Positions 1 to 12,000 of a stretch of DNA of 64,000 bases are shown piece by piece. Source of the DNA: Paramecium tetraurelia (Eukaryota); the NCBI GenBank assembly GCA_000165425.1, contig CT868097.1:6867-70866 (forward strand), written 5' to 3'. The notes under the pieces were generated by a model. The model saw nothing but the letters and a program-made list of their open reading frames with translations, searched no databases and had not been told where the DNA came from. A program made the translations under genes and the position numbers. The number at the start of each line of letters is the position of its first letter. Positions within the stretch are counted from its first letter, which is position 1.

Positions 1-381
1 AAAACATTCCCTTTTAAAATTTCCAATAAATTCCTTTTTAAATTATTGAGTTCTCAATTATTTGGGACAAAATAAGGTAAGATTACACTATTAAATAACT
101 TGTTTCTAATAATGGGAATTTGCGATTGTAGTAATTAAAAAGAAAAATCAGAATTTATAATCTTTAAAATGATGAGTCATTAGAACAAAAAATTTTGATG
201 TAAGAATGAGTTGATTCAAGATATTTTTGTGATTTCATGAAAGAAAATAGGTCATTTATTAATCAGAAAAAAATCAAATGAACTAAAGTCTGAGAGTTTA
301 TATAATATAATAATAGTGTTTAGTATCTTGTCCGCTTTAGATGATGTTTAATAATATGGATTTGTATTTTTCTCAATCATA

Positions 382-1492
382 TCAAATATACTCTTCTTTT
401 TTATTGGTCAAGCCATAGCAAATCTTAATCATGCATATCTATGATACACTTAAGAAATTATTGAAAACTTAATTCATTTAATTCTTTAGAATTATGTAAT
501 TCCGACCAGAGATGATCGATTTTATAAACATCCACGCAATTCTAAAAATATAAGTAAAACTAAACTACTTTATCATGTCTTAATCTTATTAATTTGTGAA
601 TTTCCTTGCATGAATTTCTACTTGGATTTTCATATGTCGCTTCATTAAGAAAATGTTAAAAAATTTTAGCCTCATTTAATTCGTCATCTTGTTGAAAAGA
701 TTTCTATTAATCCTCAGCTTTAAGAGTCTAAAAAATTCCAACTTCATTTTAATGATTTTGATCTTTACTATATGAAATATTCTCTTCAAACTTAATTTGA
801 TTCCAATCCTATGCAAATTCTTCTAGTTTATCTATATTATAAGTTAATCTTTAAATCTCTTTCTTATTCTTTTTTTGAATTACACAATTTTTAATTATTT
901 CATTGTCATTTGAAAAAAAGCTATAACACATTACAGAATCTTAGTCATGTGATTCATCCTGTAAAATTTTACATAAATTTTCATTTTTTTATGATATTTC
1001 TTCATTCCATAATTCATGATTATTCCAATCTAATTATAACCTTAATTCTGATCTCGCTTATAATGCAATCATGTCAAGAATAAAATTTTATTGCATTAAA
1101 TTCTAAGATTGCAGTTTGTTGTTTTCATTTTATTTTGAGCTCTTATCATCCATCTATGCTCTTTAAAATACATTTTTATTTCCATTTTCCAATACATATT
1201 CATCTATAAGTATATCACTAAAAACTTCTTATTTTTTTAATTTCTGGGATATACATTTCTTTGATGTTTTTTTATTTGTTCCTTTATCAATTTATTTGAT
1301 GTATTTAGCATTTTTCTTATTCCCATTTTACTTTTCTAAGGGTTAAATCACCTTTGGAAATTCTAGTTTTAAAGTTATTACCTATCTTCGAGTTCTCTAC
1401 GAGATTGTATTTTAGACTGCATTTACTAAATTATCAAGGTCTTCAACAGGAAGTGTTTAACCTTTTCTCAAGTTTTATTTGGCTTTGCTCAT
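382..1492 (-). CDS. Hypothetical protein (MSKAKQNLRKGQTLPVEDLD...)
   Basis: Open frame under the ciliate code from ATG at 1492 to TGA at 382-384. Possible in-frame 27-nt GT..AG intron near 545-570. No recognisable domain. Confidence 0.65.
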
Positions 1493-2339
1493 TTGAGTTT
1501 AATTTAATACTCAGTTTCTAAAGTATTCAAAAATTTAGCATAATTATTATTAAATATGATCAAGATTGCTTATTTAATTGATTTTATTTTTAGAAATTTA
1601 TGATAAAAAACCAAACAAAGTTAATGAAAAAAACTAATTGTTACTCAATTGAATAATACTCTTATTACCTCTCATAAACTTAATGTCATTCATACATTTA
1701 ATAAAATTGATGTTGATTATAATCTTTTACTACTAAATTAAGAGGCTAAATTTTTATCAGGATGCTAATATTATTGAAGGATCTTTAATCAGTTTTATAA
1801 ATCAATCATACAGTCTTGTTAAAACGCCTTTTAATATGAATTAACATAATTTTTTAATAAAAGCTGAAAATATAATCTCATAACAAATTCAAGTTAGAAG
1901 AAATAATTAAAATTATTAAATTGATTTTAGTTTAGTTTATCAATCTCTAATTCTAATTAAATTTAGTATGAAGATTAACAAAGTTCAATCTCGAATATCA
2001 ATACAAGGTCTTATAATATAATACAACTCAAAGATATATTAAGATTATATTCTATACCTATTTAATTGACTCAATATTTGCTTTACATTTCAAAAACCTA
2101 AGATTGCGAAAAATAATGTTTCTGTATCGATGTTTTCTATTTTAAAACAAAGTAGCTGTCTTCTTCACAATGTTGTTTTTGTTTCAAATTAAATTAATTT
2201 TTGAATTATCTGTTTTAGAAATATAACCTCTTTAAACCTATAAGTAAAGCATAATTTTTGTTTTACATTCTTAACTATCACTATATGTAGCATTTTATTC
2301 GAAATAAATCTTATTTACAATATTATTCAAAATTCATGC

Positions 2340-2832
2340 TATTTAAGACACATTCTTCAATACATTTTTAATTCCAATTTGTTTAGGTTATGCCACAACA
2401 TCTCTATAGGGTTCATTTGAGGAGAATTGGGAGGTAGAAATGTTATATTCACTTCGGGAATTTTTTTTTAATTCTTGTGTTTCTATGAATTGGATTATTA
2501 TCTAGGATGAATACATAACCATTATTCTCTTGAGAAGCTAATAGATCTGTATTTCCAATTGCACCAAGATTCGTTTTTTTATTAGCAACTTCTTCAAATC
2601 TTTTTTAGCATGAGTTACAGCATTTTGTGGGTTTTCTATTATGACATAAATATGTTTCATCAAAATAAAAAGTTAACTCTAAATTTTTTAATTTATAAAA
2701 TATTCTTTGCTTTTATTGTTTTCTTAGAACAATGTATCTATTGAGATTCTGCCCATTTAGAGACCAAGAATTAATAATTTTTTGAATATCATTTTAAAAA
2801 GATATATAATATTTTTCAAATTTAAGAACAAA
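2340..2832 (-). mobile_element. Degenerate IS630/Tc1/mariner (ITm, DDE_3-type) transposase relic
   Basis: Minus-strand translation gives FYFDET (D1 at about 2660), GYVFILDNNPIH (D2 at about 2501) and, after a 1-nt shift in an A9 run, NITFLPPNSPQMNPIEMLWHNL (E at about 2403). No ATG. D1-D2 spacing is shortened to 52 aa. Confidence 0.85.
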
Positions 2833-3404
2833 TCATATTATTCGTATGAATTTAGTTTTAAATGTATCAATTTTAGAAATAATTTATTAGTATTTAAATA
2901 TTAGAATATTGTTTTTTTAATCAAACAATCATAAAGTATAATTCAATTTTCTTTGTTTATATTTATTTTATAAATTATGATCACTTAATTAATTATTTAT
3001 AGATAATATTTATAAATATTTTTATAAAATATCCAATATTTTTTGATTCTAAAAATTATTCAAATGGGGTATTATCTTTATCAAAAACTTTTAATTTAAG
3101 GGAAACAATAATTTTGCAATTTTTCTTTTTATTTAAGCGTTTTAATTAACAAAAGACTTTTACATAGATATATTCTAGAATATATTTGTCATATATCTGT
3201 TAATATTTGGATTAGTGATTCGCTCAATTTATCAATTGATTTGAATTATCATCCAATTTTTCAACCTGATAATTGTTATAATTACATTGAATAATTTAAT
3301 ATTGTGTAACATTTTGAGGATGAATATTGTTGTTTTAAATTTAACATTCTACACTTAGAATCATTTTTATAATATAAATAGATACTGATGCATATCAACA
3401 AAAA

Positions 3405-4709
3405 TCAATTAAAAATTCTTATTCCTAAATTCTCTTAGATCAATTGGTCGTATTATTATTTTCTATCCAATATGATTTGTGTAAATTTGGTTTATCCTTA
3501 TTTGTGCTTCTTAGCTTCATCAGATGACAGCAGAATTACATTTTTAGGGGTAATATCCTGCGATTTATCAAATTATATAAATTCTAAAGGTCTTGCTTTT
3601 TTGTCTTTTAATTAATGATATAAATATACCTTTCACTAAGCATTAACCATTATATGCTTTATAAATAACAACTAGATCCTCAATATCTAAATTTAGGTCG
3701 ACATTGCTTTTTTTAGCTTGTTGAGCTAGCAATTAAATCTATTGAATAAAATAAGGCATTTTAATATCATTTTAGCATAGAGTGGTTGGAGCACAATCTC
3801 CAAGATCGCATAAGACATATGCAGCTAATGAATAGGCAAATAATGCTGGCATACATCCAAAAACTGGTACTATTCTTAATCTATAATTAGGCATGACTCT
3901 ATATTTGTCTGGATCATGTTTTTAATGTCTATAAATAATCATCAATAATGATACTCTTATAATGGTAATAATTATCTATCTGTAGTTTCAGTTGAATATA
4001 CAACATTAAATCCAGTTTTTATATCTACTTTTTTGAGTCTCATTCTTATTGCTCTTGCTAAATCATCATTTTATGATTCACTAATATCTCGTATTTATAA
4101 TCTTGTTGGATCACATTTCATTCCAGCTCCACAGCAAACAATGATTTTAATTTTATTTTAAACACAATAGGTAATTAAAGCAACTTTTGCATCAATATTG
4201 TCTATGCAATCGATTACATAATCAGGTTTGTCTTCTGCAAAAAAGCTTGCAATATTTTCAGGTGTTATGTAAGATTCAACTGTTGTTAATTTAATAGTTG
4301 GATTTAACTATGCAATAAAATCAGAAAATATCTCAACTTTAGATTTACCGACATCTTTCCTAGTAGCTATAGCATGCCTGTTTAAGGATGATAGAGTAAC
4401 TCTATCAAAATCAATAATTGTAATCCTTTTCACCCCAGAACGAGCTATGGCAGAAACTACATGACTCCCTACTCCACCAACACCAAAGACCATTATATGA
4501 GCAGTTTCGATTTTTGATTGCGATTCACCAAAAAATTAAATATTTCTAACTAATTATTCTTATAAGAGCTGCTATTCTTCTTCTAAAGAATAATCCTTCT
4601 TTTTTATCTGGTTATTTTTTTAATTTCTCAATTGATATAATTTTTAAGCCAGCAAAGTCAGTGATATGCCTCCAACCAATCCTGAAAATAAGAGCTTTTT
4701 TGTTTTCAT
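3405..4709 (-). CDS. tRNA threonylcarbamoyladenosine dehydratase (ThiF/TcdA family, Tcd1/Tcd2-like) with N-terminal hydrophobic anchor
   Basis: Motifs VFGVGGVGSHV, IIDFDRVTLSSLNRH, DYVIDCIDNIDAK, CCGAGMKCDPTR, VVYSTE and RIVPVFGCMPALFA. N-terminal LLFSGLVGGISLTLL. Several short introns. Confidence 0.88.
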
Positions 4710-4786
4710 AATTAAATAATTAAATTCAATTTAATAATAACTCATTAGAATTTGACAAAAAGGATTGATAAGAATATTCATCTTAA

Positions 4787-5590
4787 TCAATATTTTGCTC
4801 TCTACAATATTTTTATAGCTGTTTGGTTAGAGCTTTTCTTTCTGATCTTCTTTTTACAAATTAATATAATTTTCTAAATTGTACAGTGTCTAATTTTTCT
4901 ATATCAAATTGATATTCTCCTTAAGTCTTTACATTTAAATATTTTAAGATTTATCTTAATGAACTTGCAGAGAGCTTGCTTAATTTTTCATACAAATCCT
5001 TCTTTTCCTAATCACTTTAAGGTTGTTTATGTTTGATAACAATTTTGTTTTTGATTTCTCCATTCAATAATTGTTGTAAATGTTTTTGCATCTACTCTTA
5101 ACATTTTTTCTAGAGTGGTTCAAATAAAATTTTAAATTTTTATTCTAGTTCCTCAACTAATTTCATAGATTCTGAATGTGTCGATAAAATTTTACTTCTG
5201 CTAAATAATGAGGTTAGATCTTTATAAAATCTGGCTATGATGTTTGTCCTATTTTATAATTCATTATGATTTACATTTTGACTAATTATTCATTTTTCAT
5301 TTTTTTATATTATTCATCATTTTTCATGAATTACCTTGTAAATTATTTATTGAATGTAATTGTCATCTCCTTATTTGTCAGTTACTTATATTAGTCTGTT
5401 CTTTTTAAATCATCAAGGATTTTTACGCATTTATTTCTTTCTTCATCTTGGATTGGATTAAGGCCATCACTATCTTATCTTTATTCACCTTTCTAATTAT
5501 TAAATTGATTATTACTCTCATTAAATAGTAATCAAATGGCAATCTAGTTTTAATATAGGCCAACTACTCTTTTGTAAGTTCAATAATCAT
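4787..5590 (-). CDS. ET/NET (BET extra-terminal) domain protein with a degenerate bromodomain-like N-terminal part
   Basis: C-terminus SDQEKKDLYEKLSKLSASSLRQILKYL...EYQFDIEKLDTVQFRKLYQFVK fits the ET consensus. Two introns (23 and 26 nt). Confidence 0.65.
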
Positions 5591-5710
5591 TGTTTAAATT
5601 TGGAAAATTAATTTATATAAAAATTATTGTCTCATTATGCTACACTCATACTATATTCCAATTTTTGATTGAAAAATTCAATGCATTTGTATTTTATTGA
5701 GAGTAAAAAT

Positions 5711-6579
5711 TCATAAATTTTTGGAATCAACTCTTCTACTCAAATACTCAAAACTTAAATCAGGACCTAATGATTCTGTATTTCCTATCAAAGTTTTGGC
5801 TCTTTCTTATTTAACAGATTTCTTGAATTAAATGGAGCTTAAAAACACTGCAATAACTTAATCCTCAATAATGATAGGGTGAAGTAAGACCGGTAATATG
5901 GAATCGCTATCAATTGTTTCATTCAAATTCCATACATTTTCTAGTGTTCACTAATGATATTAAATTTATCAATCTTTTTCTTTCACAAATCAATTTTGCA
6001 ATTCCTTTTCATTTAAAGTTGATTTGCTTGGTTTTAATAATAAAGGTCTACATAAAAAAGTCGGTATTTACCTTTTTAACTGTAAAATGATCGGTATATT
6101 AAGGGCAGATCCTTTTGAATATCACTTATCATGATTTGTATCACCCCAGTGATAATCGATTGTTTTTAAAGGTTATCGGTAAATTCAATTTTCAAAGCAT
6201 TAATTCTATAACCCAAATTATCAAAATGATAGTATCTAATCTAATTAATATTTGATTTTGATCTTTTATATGTAATCAAAGGAATTAATTTCTACTCTTT
6301 CAGAAGTAAGGTTTGCCGTTTCTATCACTAAAATCTTCTTCTTTTTCAGATTTTTTATTCAATGTATTGATTTTTCATAGAGTAATTTAATTTTCTTCAT
6401 AAAATTTTGCTTTATCCTAACTCAGTTAAGGATTTTTCTAATACCCGAATGATATGTGATCTTAATTTTAAAGAATTCATAAGATTCTTATTTTTAATAT
6501 TCTTAATATTTTCGATAGGTTCAAAGACTTTATTTTAAGGACAATTTATCAATTATTACAATTAATTAAATAATTTCAT
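5711..6579 (-). pseudogene. Probable pseudogene with frameshifts and in-frame TGAs
   Basis: ATG at 6579 and coding-like segments (ENVWNLNETIDSDSILPVLLHPIIIEDQVIAVF) ending at TGA 5711, but TGAs occur in all frames around 6300-6400. Confidence 0.4.
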
Positions 6580-6670
6580 CTTTTAAAAACAAATTAGATT
6601 GTGTATAATAGTTTATTGATTTTAAGAGGATTAAAATAAATTATAATTTTAATAATTACACATGCTCATT

Positions 6671-8501
6671 TCATTCATATACATATTCATACTCATATTC
6701 ACCATCTCCTTATTCTTCTTGAGTTTATTATTATTCCTACTCTGCAATAATGTTTTCAAGGTATTCTTTAAATTGTTAACTGGATTGTGTGAACTCTTTT
6801 GCAAATTAGTCATCTTCAACTGCAGCCATTTGATTTTAATAATTTAAGATTACCTACTCACTCAATATTTAATGCTTGTAAGACAATTATAAGAATTAGT
6901 TCAAATGATACTGCTAATTCTATCTACAAAATGTTTCTATTGATTTAATGTAACACACAACCTCTGTTTCACTTACAAACCTAACAATAAATTCCTCCCA
7001 TAAAGCATATGCATTTTTAAGGGAATCAATATCTGGTTAGAGAGTATCCAAAAATGCTGCCATAAATGCTATAACAATATTCTCAAAAGCAATATTAGAA
7101 TTAACTTTAATTGTATCTACATTAATTATAGCTTGCCTAACTTAACTCACAGTTTAACATTTGGCGACAATATCTATCATATCTTCTTTTAATCCTTAAT
7201 CATCATTTTCTTTTGGTTTTTTTTGATGCAATTCATGTGAATCAGATTCTTAATCAGAATCCTCAGACTGAAAAGCGTTTTCATCGTATTTTTAAAAGTT
7301 TGACAATTATTTTACATTTTTTTGATTCTCCATTGTTACAATTTGTGATTGAATTGAACCTTTTATTTTACACCCTGAGGCAACTATACAATCTTTAATA
7401 ATAATATTATCGTCAACTTCAATATTATCCCATAAGATACTATTGATAATTTCACAACCGATTCCTAATTTGCAATTTTTGCCAATTATTGATTTTGTAA
7501 TAGTGACCTTTGGTTTAACATCTGTGTTTTATCCAATAAAACATTAATCGCTAATTTTAGATTTCTAGTCAACTCTACCAGCAAAATATTTAAAAAAGTC
7601 AACGTAATACTATTATTAAGGACAATAAGGAAAAAAGAATCTACTTAAATATTTAAGACAAGCATTATGGTATGATTGGGGATGGAATATTCTTTAACAT
7701 ACTTGGGTTTTAGGAGCAATATATAAATGTATCTTTTCTTCCTGGATATCGCTAGTAGTTGTCATGTATTTAATAAAGTCTTCTTTGATTTCTGCCCACA
7801 TAAAATTTTCTTGGAAACTCTTGAGGACGTCTCGGTTACAAATATAGATTCCAGATTCAATAAGATTACTCCTAATCACGTATTTGCAAGGCATTCCCTT
7901 AGTCAATGTTATGTGTTCTTGATAAAATGATAAAATATACTTTTGTTAAATTTGATTTATTTTTATTGTAAATCTATCAATTAGAAGAGTTTATCATCAT
8001 TTTCCAAAACGTAAAGAAATCTTTCTTCTTCATATTATTATATTCCTTAATGAGCAACCATCAATAAGATGTTCATTTTATCTTCTTTTCTTTAATCGTG
8101 ATATTTATTGATAGCATCTTTTAAAGAAATATTTGTTATCACATCACCAAATAATAATAAAAAATCTTATTGAATAATTCCGTGACTGTATAGCTCTCTT
8201 AATGCATCTCCAGAACTTTTGCTATCTAAAATATTAATCAATTAAATATTTTATGTCTTCCTTCCAAGTCTCTTTCTATTATTAAAATATTCTGCAATCT
8301 TTTCATTTCTATAAAGTATAATAATTTGATCAATTTCATTTTTTGATAACCAATTTATTTAATGTTCAATAATTAAATCATCTACAAATGGGAATAAACT
8401 CTATAAGTAAAAATATTTATTACTTTTGGCAAGGTGTTTGTTAGATGATTAAATTAGTTGTCATAATTATCAGCAAGGATAACAGCGTAAAACTCAGACA
8501 T
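6671..8501 (-). CDS. Translation initiation factor eIF2B subunit epsilon (GCD6/EIF2B5-like)
   Basis: N-terminal MSEFYAVILADNY...LPKSLFPF, SSGDALREL, FLLLFGDVITN and SGIYICN motifs, hexapeptide (LbH) repeats and an acidic W2-type C-terminus. Short introns. Confidence 0.85.
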
Positions 8502-8573
8502 TATTTTATTTATTAAAGAATTTAAATACAGACAAGAATCACTTATATATATATTTTTTAATTAATTAAATTG

Positions 8574-9176
8574 ATGAGTAAACAAGACGAGGAATCAAAA
8601 TTATAATTAATAGAATCCGCTTTTGAATGCAATATATGTTTAGAGATAGCTACAGAACCAATCCTTACAAATTGTGGACATCTATTTTGTTGGCCTTGCA
8701 TCTATAGTGTATATATATAGAAATGATTAATCAGTGGCTCAATTCAAATCAAGAATTTCTAACTTGCCCTGTTTGTAAGAATGGTTGCTCTAAGAATTCT
8801 CTAATTCCATTGTATTCGAAGGATGAAGCAAAAACTAAGTATTTTCAATCGAATAAATTAGTAAACCACGCGATCCTAATATTCCTCCTAGACCTAAACC
8901 AGGTAGAAATGATCCTGTTAGAAACAACAACCAAATTGGTTAAAATAACTTAGCCAATGGAGCCATGATTGCAGGGTATGGATTGTTTCCATCTCTATTT
9001 AATTTAATTTGTATTAAAGATGGAGATATAGAAAAAGATGAAAGGCATGAAAGTAATTATTGAGTAGGATATTTTTAGATGAAGCGACTGTTGAAATCGA
9101 AAATGTGAGAAAATTAAAGGCTATTTAGTTTTTGTTGATTTTATGCTTAATTATGATGATTGTATTCTACTTTTGA
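8574..9176 (+). CDS. RING C3HC4 E3 ubiquitin ligase, RNF5/RMA1 family, tail-anchored
   Basis: [30 protein letters not shown]...CPVCK...[21 protein letters not shown] and a C-terminal TM helix. Three short introns. Confidence 0.9.
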
Positions 9177-9270
9177 TCAATCAAATCTATTAATATCATT
9201 CAATAATTTATAACTATTTATTTGAAGACTATCAAATTTACAATCATTCAGTAATATAAACTTAAAGAAT

Positions 9271-9831
9271 TCAAAATAAATGTTTTTTCAAAGAAAGATT
9301 GTCTGAACTTTTTCTAGACCAACTACAAAAAGTTTATAATCTCTAATTTTAATGTTATCTAGTATTTGAAATACATCTAGTCTAGCTAATTAAATTTATA
9401 TAATTATTCGTATTGTCATTTTCTTAATATTTCTCTTAAGTTGTAATAAACCTCCTTCTTCTGCTTTATTAATCGGGTTTACGCATTTGTTTCACATTCA
9501 ACTATTTAATATTGATAATTAGAGGAGGATAGTCTATTGAAGACGGATTCATCATTTTTGGAAATTTATCATGTTTTGTTTTAAAATAATTAATTTTAGT
9601 GAGATTGTTATTAATTATTGCTCTTTGTTCTTATTCCATAAATTTTATTTATTATGTCTTATTTAGATTTTATTATAAAATCAGGTCTTCAGTCTTATTA
9701 CACTCTATAAAATTAAATTAATTGAGGATATTTTCAATAGTATTGTTTACTTTTTATGGAGTGAGTTCTTTTTATTTCCTTGACTCAATCAATAATTTGC
9801 AATTTAAACGATATTTATTAACATTTTGCAT
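9271..9831 (-). CDS. Hypothetical protein
   Basis: Open frame from MQNVNKYRLNCK... to TGA at 9271 under the ciliate code. Confidence 0.6.
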
Positions 9832-10773
9832 CTTATTTTTGTTAATTTCAATATTTTATTAAATAAACTTTTTCTTTTCATAACCTAATCAAATCTCAAG
9901 AGAACTAAATTTATATATAAATTAGCGAATATTCATAAATTGTCATTATATAGATATAGCAGGCTTCACTTATTTTGACTTTAGAGTTTATCTAAAATAA
10001 TTATATTAAATCATTTTGAGAATCTCAAACAAAATCAAAATACAAATTTATTGGTAATAAAATATTAATATTTTTATCAATACTAATTTTTGTAATTTAT
10101 AGATTAGCTTAAGAAAGAATATTTTTTTAAACATCTATCAATATAATCGTTTTTTAAAGGATTATATCTTGAAGAAAATATTACAATTGTTTTTTTTCCC
10201 CTATTTAAATTTTTATTTAAATTATCATAACTGATTATTTTTTCATCCTAAGATGCTATTTTTTTACATACTGATATTGATCGACTATGATTTGTTAATC
10301 CAACATTAAATTTGCCTTTATTTAAAATAACTCTTTTATTTTAGTCATTATTTGTTGTTTAAATTTATTCTTATATCTTTTTTCGAAAAATGAATGGAAA
10401 TATTGAATCCTTATATGTTGATTCATTATTTGACAATTCTTACTCTTAACACTTCAAATTCAAACCATTTTTCTTGGCCTTCTCTTATATGTTAAACTAT
10501 TTATTATTTTCATTCATCTTCTTTTATCTCAGTTGATAAAATAATTGCAGTCTATAATAATTTTCACACATTTATGTATTTAATTTTATTGCTCAATATT
10601 ATTTGAATAATATCAAATATATTTTTTGTAAATTTAAGAAGAAATTAAAAATACAATTTTATTCTAAAATTTTGAAAGTATAGCTATGTTTATGTTATTC
10701 AATATCAGATTGCTAGAATTGATAATTTATTTATCATAAAATATATACTAAATTGATATCCATTTTAATATAA

Positions 10774-11303
10774 TCATTATTAAATAGAACCATTTTCAAT
10801 TGCACTTTATTCCGAAATCTCACTATCTTCAAGAAAACCGGATAAGTTTTTCAATTAGGCAAAAGTTTCTAAATTATTTTACAAATTGACCAAAGCCTTT
10901 GTTAAGCTTTCATTTTTGTATTCTAATTGTTGCTACAATTATTAAAATTTTTACATTCTTCTACTTCTAATATGAAATCTAAATCTCACCTTCTTAATAT
11001 ACTCTCTTGACTAACTATTTTAGATCTTAAATCTAAAATTATTAGAATTAATTTACCTCATTAATTAATTCCTGGTGTTTGTTTTCTAATTTATTTAGCT
11101 ATGATTAAAGATCCGTATTTTCATTTTTCAACTTAGCATTCTCCATTTAAAGGGATTTCTCTTTTTATTAAAATGAAATTGGCATATTCGATAATGCTTA
11201 GAGAATCAATTATTGCTTTTAATATTGCCATATGCCTTACATTAGCGAGTGACAATTCTTCTTGATGGTCAGAAGCTTCATGACTATAGGCATAAGTTAA
11301 CAT
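10774..11303 (-). CDS. Small coiled-coil hypothetical protein
   Basis: MLTYAYSHEASDHQEELSLAN... The frame is restored by three GT..AG introns (25, 24 and 22 nt). Heptad-rich. Confidence 0.65.
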
Positions 11304-12000
11304 AATTAAAATATTATTAAGAGCTTTTTAATTAAAAAATGAATTAATTATTGAGAATTAAGTTAATTCATAAGATAGATAGTTAATCTTTGTCCAGGAG
11401 AAAAATATGCCTTCTAAATAATTATACCTAAAAAATTAATGACACCAATTTTTGTTCTATTATAACCTACAAGGAATTTTACTATTTAATTAAATTGAAT
11501 AAATAAATTGATAAGAATTTAGAATTAAAACTTCATTTGTTGATTTGAGAGTTAAATAGGCTAATAATTTACAGAACTATATATATATTCTTTTGAAGAA
11601 TTGAAATATCTATAGACGTTGAATCAAAGTAATAGAATCTAAAGAATGATAATTATAGAAAAAAACCTCATAATTCTTATGGGTCATGAGGAAAACGTAG
11701 GCTATGAATAATTTGTCAGAGGACTTATATTATCAATATATAAGATCAAAAAAATCAGAACTACGATGAAACATATCTTAGTTAAATTTTCAGTTTATTG
11801 TTGCTTCAAACTAACATTCCGTATTCATAATTTAGTGTTTACATTTCAGTTTAGCATTTAAGAAGCAAGATTAAAGAGTAATTAATATTTAAATATAAGT
11901 AAAATTTATATCAAAAGGTTGTCAACTTATAGTATTTCACTTCTTAACTGAGTTGGTAATTAATAAGGTAAAACCTTAATCCTTAGAAATGAATTTTGTA

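Noticed and set aside
1500..3100. Terminal inverted repeats around the transposase relic
   Set aside because: Only short AT-rich matches were found, not distinguishable from chance at this composition.
6662..7930. Plus-strand ORF-track ORFs at 6662, 7213 and 7727
   Set aside because: Antisense shadows of the eIF2B-epsilon gene.
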